Made by a program: the position numbers and the translations under genes. A stretch of 64,000 nt of DNA from an uncultured delta proteobacterium (GTDB lineage Bacteria; Desulfobacterota; Syntrophobacteria; Syntrophobacterales; Syntrophobacteraceae), in assembly GCA_963808625.1 (NCBI GenBank), contig CAWEHK010000017.1, positions 32,001 through 96,000 of the forward strand, read 5' to 3'. Under the pieces are notes generated by a model. That model did not search any database. It had not been told where the DNA came from and was given only the letters and a program-made list of their open reading frames with translations. Positions within the stretch are counted from its first letter, which is position 1; every line of letters starts with the position of its first letter. Shown in pieces: positions 57,411-64,000 of this stretch.

Positions 57411-58607
57411 ATGACCCGCTTCAAACGACGATTGCTGATCGGCATGGGGTTGAGCGTGGTGGTTTTGGTGGGGCTGGGGGTCTGGTTCTACAAGGTCTAT
57501 TTTGCTTCGACGAGCTACGCGTTGCAGCGCGCCGAGGCCTTTTTGTTCCGGCGTATGCAGGTCGCCCAGCTGAGCCAGCAGGGGGAGTATCGGTTTTTCT
57601 TCGTCACGAACCGCCGTCCGGAAAGCAATGCCGGGCCGCTCCAGGAGCGTTTCGGGATAGAACGCCAAGAGGCCCTCAAGTTCGGCTTTTTTGATGTCAA
57701 GATTGAACCCTCGCTGGGCCTGGGCATGATCATCAACCCGACCGAGTGGTTCCAGAATGAGGAAATCAAGCTCAAAGAGGTGCAAGAGCTGGATCAGTCT
57801 GCGTTCGTCGCGCAAGTGCGAGGGCTCGTTCAAGAATCCCCGCGCCGATCGTTGCTGGTCGTCGTACACGGATTCAGGGAGGCGTTTCCCTCCGCCCTGC
57901 GCAAGACCGCTTTCCTCGGCCACGTGCTCGACATCAACTCGCCGATGCTTCTCTTCGACTGGCCCGGCAACCAGGGCAGTTCGGTGAGCGGATACCGGCA
58001 GGCAAGCCGGGTCGCTGAAGCCTCCGGGGCTGAGCTGGCCCGCACCCTGGAGCTGGTCATTCGGGACATCCGGCCCGAAAAGCTGTGGCTGATCGCCAAC
58101 AGCATGGGGGCCCAGGTCGTCGTCGATGCTGTCCGTCTGCTGTACCAGCAGCCGGACCTGGCCGACGCGGAGACCGAAATCGAAGATCTGATGCTGACCG
58201 CGCCGGACGTCGATTACCAAGAGTTTGATGACGACCAATTCAGGCAGGCGCTCAAAGCCTTGGCCCGCAAGACCACGGTCTACGTTTCCTCCAACGACAG
58301 GGCCTTGCTGGCAAGCCGCCTCCTCAACCGGGGACGACGGATTGGCGAAAGTACCTTGAGACCGAGCCAGATGGAAGAGGCCGTGCGCGTGGTGGACCAT
58401 GATCCGGACAGCGAGGAGGTCACCGTGGTGGATGTCACACCGGTGAACCGCACGCGCAATTTCCATAATTTCAGCCTGGAAACGCCGGAGTTTTTCGACG
58501 ATCTGTACCTGCGGCTTACCAACACCGAAACCCCCCGGAGCCGACTGATCTATGCGGTCCAAGCCCCCAATGGCACGGTCTACTGGATCCTGACGCGCGG
58601 CCGATAG
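57411..58607 (+). CDS. DUF900-type alpha/beta hydrolase with N-terminal membrane anchor
   Basis: FFVTNR, VVVHGF, FDWP, IANSMG, TAPDVD, YVSSNDRAL.AS. Confidence 0.85.
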   Translation: MTRFKRRLLIGMGLSVVVLVGLGVWFYKVYFASTSYALQRAEAFLFRRMQVAQLSQQGEYRFFFVTNRRPESNAGPLQERFGIERQEALKFGFFDVKIEPSLGLGMIINPTEWFQNEEIKLKEVQELDQSAFVAQVRGLVQESPRRSLLVVVHGFREAFPSALRKTAFLGHVLDINSPMLLFDWPGNQGSSVSGYRQASRVAEASGAELARTLELVIRDIRPEKLWLIANSMGAQVVVDAVRLLYQQPDLADAETEIEDLMLTAPDVDYQEFDDDQFRQALKALARKTTVYVSSNDRALLASRLLNRGRRIGESTLRPSQMEEAVRVVDHDPDSEEVTVVDVTPVNRTRNFHNFSLETPEFFDDLYLRLTNTETPRSRLIYAVQAPNGTVYWILTRGR

Positions 58608-58679
58608 CCGGAGGCCCCAGTTTCACAAGAGCATCCACACGCGGGAGCCCGCAGTCGGGAAAACCCGGACCGAGACCGA

Positions 58680-59978
58680 ATGATGAAGACGGAACCCACG
58701 GCACCCGACACGGCGATCCTGCTGGAGTTCATGTTCCGGCTGGGGCAGGCCTATCTTGCCTGCGGCGAGCAGACGGCGAAGGTGGAGCAGATCCTGCGCC
58801 GCACCGCGTCGGCCTACGGGATGAGCAAGTCGCGGGTCGTGGCTTTTCCCACCGCCGTGTTCATTTCAATTCACGACGAAGCGGGCGAGCGCGTGACCCT
58901 GGCCGAATGCGAGCCGAGAACACTGCGACTGGACCAGATGGCGGACGTTTACGCGGTGGGCGAGGCGGCACAGAACGCGGGGGTGGCGCCGGGCGACGGC
59001 CTGCAGCGGCTCTCGGCGATCCTGGCCCAGAAGGCGCGCTTCGGCACCGCCGGGGTCATCGCGGGCCACGCGATTCTCACCGCCGGCCTGGCGATCGTGC
59101 TGAGGCCAACGGTCGCCAACCTGGCGGCGGCGGCGGTGCTTGGTTTCATCGTGGGGGTGGTGATGCTGTTCAATCGCGGGCGTGCCGTGCTGTCGGTTCC
59201 GCTGCCGGTGATCGCCGCGGCACTGGTCTCGACCCTCGTTTTTCTCGCGGTCAGATATGGACTGCCGGTGGATCCCCTGCACGCGCTGGTGCCGCCGCTG
59301 GTGACCTTCCTGCCCGGCGGCATGCTCACACTCGGCATGGTGGAGCTCGCTTACGGCGACATGTTGAGTGGCGCGAGCCGCCTGATCGCCGGCTTCGTGC
59401 AACTGGTGCTGCTGGCGTTCGGTCTCGCCGCGGGCGCCATGCTCGTAGGCTATACTCCCAACGACCTGATCCTCTCCGCCGGGCAGTATGTGAACGTGAT
59501 CGAAGCGCCCTGGGCAGGCGTCCTGGTGTTCGGCCTGGGAGTTTATCTTCACTTTTCGGCGCCGCGAAACTCGCTGAAGTGGATTCTTCTGGTGCTGTTG
59601 ATCGCCTTTGCGGCGCAGCAGATCGCGGTGGGGTTTTTGGGCAGCGAGATCAGCGGTTTCTTCGGCACCCTGGTTGCCACGCCGCTTGGCTACTTGATTC
59701 AGCACCGCTTCCGCGGTCCGCCGGCGACCGTGACCTTCCTGCCCACCTTCTGGCTGCTGGTGCCGGGCGCCCTGGGCCTGCTGAGCGTCACGCGCATGTT
59801 GAGCGACCGCGCTGCCGGGCTCGATGGCCTGGTCATGGTGGTGTTTGTGATCACCTCGATCGCCCTCGGCACGCTGGTGGGCGCCACCCTTTACAAATGG
59901 CTCTCCGAGAGCTTCGGGTGGTGGCAGTTGCAGATCGGGCGGGTTGGGTCCTATTTCCGGCGCGCGAAGAAAAGCTGA
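58680..59978 (+). CDS. Threonine/serine exporter family (ThrE) protein
   Basis: FMFRLGQA...GE, FPTA, FLPG..LT.G..EL..G..LSG..RL, WLLVPG. Confidence 0.85.
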   Translation: MMKTEPTAPDTAILLEFMFRLGQAYLACGEQTAKVEQILRRTASAYGMSKSRVVAFPTAVFISIHDEAGERVTLAECEPRTLRLDQMADVYAVGEAAQNAGVAPGDGLQRLSAILAQKARFGTAGVIAGHAILTAGLAIVLRPTVANLAAAAVLGFIVGVVMLFNRGRAVLSVPLPVIAAALVSTLVFLAVRYGLPVDPLHALVPPLVTFLPGGMLTLGMVELAYGDMLSGASRLIAGFVQLVLLAFGLAAGAMLVGYTPNDLILSAGQYVNVIEAPWAGVLVFGLGVYLHFSAPRNSLKWILLVLLIAFAAQQIAVGFLGSEISGFFGTLVATPLGYLIQHRFRGPPATVTFLPTFWLLVPGALGLLSVTRMLSDRAAGLDGLVMVVFVITSIALGTLVGATLYKWLSESFGWWQLQIGRVGSYFRRAKKS

Positions 59979-59997
59979 AGGGTGAATGCGAACCTGG

Positions 59998-60237
59998 AGG
60001 CTGTCCGAGAATTGTCAATTACCGTGAAAATGAAGTGGTGGACTGGTCAAGTATAAGAATATCTCGTTCGCTCGTTCCCAAGCTCCGGCTTGGGAACGTA
60101 AGCACTGAAGCTCCAGCTTCCGTGCTTCTATGGGATCAAGTGGCATCCACACGTCTGACGAAGCCGGAGCTTCCGGCAGATGGTTCCAAGCTGGAGCTTG
60201 GGAACCAGCTCTTGGGTGAATTCTCGGACAAGTCCTA
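59998..60237. repeat. MITE-like element with 12-bp inverted ends carrying the CCCAAGCT palindrome family
   Basis: tgtccgagaatt (60002-60013) / aattctcggaca (60219-60230); interior is an inverted homolog of 3006-3150. Confidence 0.75.
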
Positions 60238-61917
60238 GGCCGCCGGCGTTGCTTCTACCTCGGCGGACGCTGTCTCCTTGATGATGTCTTCGCTCGGCAA
60301 CTCTCCCGGCGCGTACTTCGGCAATCTCGTCGCCGGGAAGATCGCCAGCAGTGAAATGGCGGCGATCAAAATGAACGTCGCTTTCAGCGCGCGCAGGCGT
60401 GCTTGCTCGTTGATGAGCACTGCCTCGTCCACTTGTTGCGGCGAAACCGACGTACGGGCGAGCACCGTCTTCAACTGGTCGTTGCTCACGAAGTCAATCT
60501 GGCTAAAATTGATCTCGGTCTTCAAGCTGGGCGGAAGGTCCGACCGGGCGAAGCTGCTGTGGATGGCCGCGCTCAGCAAGCCCACGGCCAAGACGCTGGC
60601 AAACGCCGCGCCCAGCGCGTTTGAGACGTTGTTCGCGACCCCGCGCAAGGCGCCCACATCTCCGGCCAGCTCCTTGGGCGATGCCGACACCAGCACATTG
60701 AAGAGCAGCGTCAGCATGGTGCCTTCACCCAACCCGAGCACCAGCAGCCCGAGGATTACGAGCGGCATGCCCCAGTCGTTGCTGATGGTGAGGGCGACGA
60801 TCACCGACCCGATGGCAATCAGCAAGAAACAAACGACACCGAGCTTTTGGGGTGTCAGCCGGCTATACAGGCGAACCGAGGCAATGGCGGCGACGGCAAC
60901 TGCGAGCGCGTAAGGGACGATCGCCACACCCGTGAAGAGCGGGGTTCGATCCATCACGAATTGGATGTAGAGCGGGATGAGGAAGCTCACTGCGGTGCTG
61001 AGGGCGCCCGCGACGAGAAAGGCGATGACGGCGTTTTTCTCCTCCGGACTATCCAGCACCTCCAGCGCAAGGAGCGGTCGCTTCCGGTCAGCGACCCGCT
61101 TGTGGGACCAGACAAAAAAGCCCTGGCCCAACACGATCCCCAGAATGATCATGATTGGCACGGGCGATACCCCAAACAGCGAGAATGGCGCCGCGGGCGT
61201 CGCCCAGAGCAGCCCCCACTGGTTGATGTTGTTGAAGCCAAAGAGCATGAGCGCAATTGCCACAGCCGAGAGCACGACGCCGACGAAGTCAATCCTGATA
61301 TGGGGCTGGCGCGGGATGGGCTTCAGCCGAAAGCTGAGGATCAGGACGGCGATCGAAAGCAGGGCGATCAGCCCGAACGAGTAGCGCCAGTTCAAGGCGG
61401 TGGCGATGAACCCGGCAACGACGAAGGCCACGCCACTTGCGATCGCCGGCACGCTGGACAATATGCCCAGCGCCTGCGACTGTTGCCGGTCGCGATAGTT
61501 GGCGGCGATCAGCACGACCAGCGTGGGCACCAGCGCGGCGGCGGCGATGCCCGCAATCACCTGAGCCAGATTCATCATGCCCGCGTCGGTGCTGATCGTC
61601 ATGAGCACCATCGCAAGGCCATGCGCAGCCACGGATACCTGGAAGACCAGACGCTCGCCAAGGAGCTTGCCGATCTTTGCCCCCAGCATGACGAATGCGG
61701 CGACGAAGAGCGAATACATGACCAGCGCCGTGCCAATGGCCGTCGGAGGCGCGTTCAGGTCTGCGGAGACCGGCCCAATCGACACGGGCAAGGCGCTGAT
61801 GCTGAATCCCATCTGAAGCTGGGCCAGAACGATGATGACTAACGGCAGCCATGAGACTGCCTTATGGGTCGCGTCTTCCGCAGTGGCGGCGGTGGTTGAA
61901 ATAGAATTTGCTGTCAT
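60235..61917 (-). CDS. MFS transporter (DHA2-like)
   Basis: GAKIGKLLGER motif A variant, NWRYSF, about 14 hydrophobic segments. Confidence 0.88.
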   Translation of the reverse strand: MTANSISTTAATAEDATHKAVSWLPLVIIVLAQLQMGFSISALPVSIGPVSADLNAPPTAIGTALVMYSLFVAAFVMLGAKIGKLLGERLVFQVSVAAHGLAMVLMTISTDAGMMNLAQVIAGIAAAALVPTLVVLIAANYRDRQQSQALGILSSVPAIASGVAFVVAGFIATALNWRYSFGLIALLSIAVLILSFRLKPIPRQPHIRIDFVGVVLSAVAIALMLFGFNNINQWGLLWATPAAPFSLFGVSPVPIMIILGIVLGQGFFVWSHKRVADRKRPLLALEVLDSPEEKNAVIAFLVAGALSTAVSFLIPLYIQFVMDRTPLFTGVAIVPYALAVAVAAIASVRLYSRLTPQKLGVVCFLLIAIGSVIVALTISNDWGMPLVILGLLVLGLGEGTMLTLLFNVLVSASPKELAGDVGALRGVANNVSNALGAAFASVLAVGLLSAAIHSSFARSDLPPSLKTEINFSQIDFVSNDQLKTVLARTSVSPQQVDEAVLINEQARLRALKATFILIAAISLLAIFPATRLPKYAPGELPSEDIIKETASAEVEATPAA

Positions 61918-61997
61918 ATTGCAGGTCCTCAAAAAGTTGACGAAGCAACGACATCAACGCGGTCATGAACTCACGCTTGGTCACGAATCCATCCGCT

Positions 61998-63558
61998 TTA
62001 AAGCCCCCACGGCAACCCCAGCAGCTGCCAGGCGACGAAGAGCGCGATCCAGATCAGCGAGATCCACAGGACGTAGGGCAGCATCAGTGCCACGATCGTT
62101 CCCACGCCCGCATTCTTGTCATACTTCTGGGCAAAGGTGACTATCAGCGCGAAGTAGGCGTTCAACGGGGTGATCACGTTGATCGGTGCTATCGGCCACC
62201 CGGTAGGCCGCCAGCACCGCCTCCGGCGCCACCCCCAGTTTCATGAGCAAGGGCACGAAGATGGGGGCGAAGAGAGCCCATTTGGCGATGGCCCCGTTGA
62301 TGAGCACGTCAATGATGGCGACGACCACGATGAAGCCGAGCAGCAGCAGCAGGGGAGGGAAGTTCGCGCTCTGAAGGACACCGGCCATCTTCACCGCCAT
62401 GATGGTGCCGATGTTGCTGTAGTTGAAATAGGAGATGAACTGGCTGAGGATGAAGAGCAGGAAGATGAGGCTGCCCAGACCCGACACCGCCTTCTCAATC
62501 GCCTTGATCACGTCGGTGCTGGTTTTCATCGTCCTGGCGCCGAATCCGTAGGCGGCGCCCGTGACCAGGAAGAGGACCATGATCAGGGCGATCAGACCGT
62601 TCATGAAGGGCGAATTGCCGATGAGGGCGCCGGTGTCCGGATTGCGCAGGGGCGCGCCCGACGGGAGCGTGAGCAGGCCGAAAACGACCAGAACCCCGGC
62701 GAGCGCGATGCCGGCGAACCGGAGCCCGCGCGAATCGTGGTCCGCATCCGCTCCTTCCGCATCGGTCGCGCCAGCCCCCTCGGCATCCGGGTCGGGCTGT
62801 CCGCCCGCGTAGGCGCCGAGCCGCGGTTCAACCACCCGCTGGGTAACGAACGTGATCACGACGGTCAGCAGGATGACGGAGACGATCGAGAACCAAAGGG
62901 TGGCGGTCAGGCCGATCGAGAGCGACGGGTTCACGATGTGGATGGCGTCGTTGGTGAATTCGGTGAGGATTGCGTCCAGCGGCTTGACGAGCATGTTCAC
63001 GGTGAACGCTCCGGCGACGGAGGCAAAGCCGGCGGCCAGTCCCGCGAGGGGATTCCGGCCGACGCTCAGGAATGCGGTGCCTGCCAGGGGGATGAGCACG
63101 AGATAGCCGGCGTCCGCCGCGAGGCTCGAAACAATGCCGATGAAGACCAGGATGTAGGCAATGGCCCAACCGGGCGAGACCGCCACCAGCTTGCGAATGA
63201 GCGCCCTGATCAGTCCGGCCTCCTCCGCCACGCCGACGCCCATCATCGCCACGATGATCAGCCCCACCGCCGTGAAGCCCATGAAGCTCGGAATGATCGA
63301 GCTGTAGATGAAACGGATGCCTTCCGTGCTGAGCAGGCTCCTGACCGTCACGGTGGTGGTTTGAAGCTTCTCCGTCTGCGGGTCGATCATCTGCTGGGTG
63401 ACGGACGCGCCCGTCAGATAAAGGACATGGGAGAGCACCATGACCAAAACCATGAGGGCCAGGAAGATGATCACCGGGTGCGGGACCTTGTTTCCCGCCT
63501 TCTCGACGCCGTCCAGCAACTTTTCCATGAATCCCTTGTCCGCTTGCGAAGCTTTCAT
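61998..63558 (-). CDS. AbgT family transporter; frameshift near 62190
   Basis: VEKAGNKVPHP..IF, SLLS.EG, GVGVAE..GL, GRNPLAGL, AKWALFAPIFVP, AYRVADS. Confidence 0.9.
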
Positions 63559-63860
63559 CTCGGTATTGCTCCTTGTTGATAGTTGGTTCTTTTCATTGCC
63601 TCTTATGAGCCTCCTCCTCAGCCCCCTTGGTAAGGGGGTCATTTTTCGAGTGAACGCTGCGAAACTGAATTTTCAACAGCCTCTCAGCAAATCCCACGAC
63701 CGGTCCGGCGTCCTGGTCGTGACCGCGTGTCAGAGATTCAAATCACCGATCCGAGTGCCGGGTTCAATCAGAACAAGATTCGGAACCGCCCAAAGAAAGC
63801 GCCCACCCCTCCGTTGATTCACGCGAACTGTTTCCATGGAAATGATCATCCGCAGTTCAG

Positions 63861-64000
63861 CTACTCTTCCAGCGTCGCCAGGGCGACGGCCAGTCGGCAG
63901 CCCTGGGCGAACTCATGCAGGTCGACGTACTCTTTGACCGTGTGAACCTCGTATTGGCCGACGCCGAAGGTGACCGTCGGCACGCCGTGCTTATCGAGCC
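63861..64000 (-). CDS. C-terminus of an M20/M25/M40-family metallopeptidase (truncated by window edge)
   Basis: LDKHGVPTVTFGVGQYEVHTVKEYV. Confidence 0.7.
   Translation of the reverse strand, partial: LDKHGVPTVTFGVGQYEVHTVKEYVDLHEFAQGCRLAVALATLEE

Noticed and set aside
63655..63830. IS-end-like sequence ttttcaacagcctc
   Set aside because: No matching second end or transposase identified

Overview
Bacterial chromosomal window, most consistent with an anaerobic deltaproteobacterium (Desulfobacterota/Syntrophobacterales-like; inferred from gene content and repeat families). Many genes, including housekeeping carA, carB and glnE, are split by single-base indels, which suggests an error-prone long-read or MAG assembly, so frameshifts alone do not prove pseudogenes. 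Layout: (1) 1-6.1 kb core genes (LysM lytic transglycosylase, HAD hydrolase, YD-like repeat protein, glnE). (2) About 6.2-35.9 kb, a defence island between glnE and carA. It holds a decayed AbiE toxin-antitoxin pair interrupted by an IS91-type transposase element with IS4-like inverted repeats and a 9-bp target duplication; an uncharacterised small ORF + PIN-domain + BrxD/DUF2791-like ATPase operon; an integrase relic; DUF4238; an uncharacterised partner + double-HxK PLD module; a BREX locus (brxE-A-B-C-pglX-[small TA-like genes, Uma2]-pglZ-brxL with MIT_C tail); and an hsdM relic. (3) 36-47.8 kb core genes (carAB, four-helix-bundle gene in inverted heptamer arrays, purF, kdsD, M48 peptidase, DUF2333, queD, tRNA-Met). 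(4) 48-64 kb accessory sulfatase and transport genes. The best candidates for undescribed systems are the PIN+ATPase operon (9.3-12.8 kb), the PLD module (14.2-18.5 kb), the hybrid IS (6.8-8.5 kb) and the repeat-bracketed mini-gene cassettes. All family names come from motif recognition, not from database searches.
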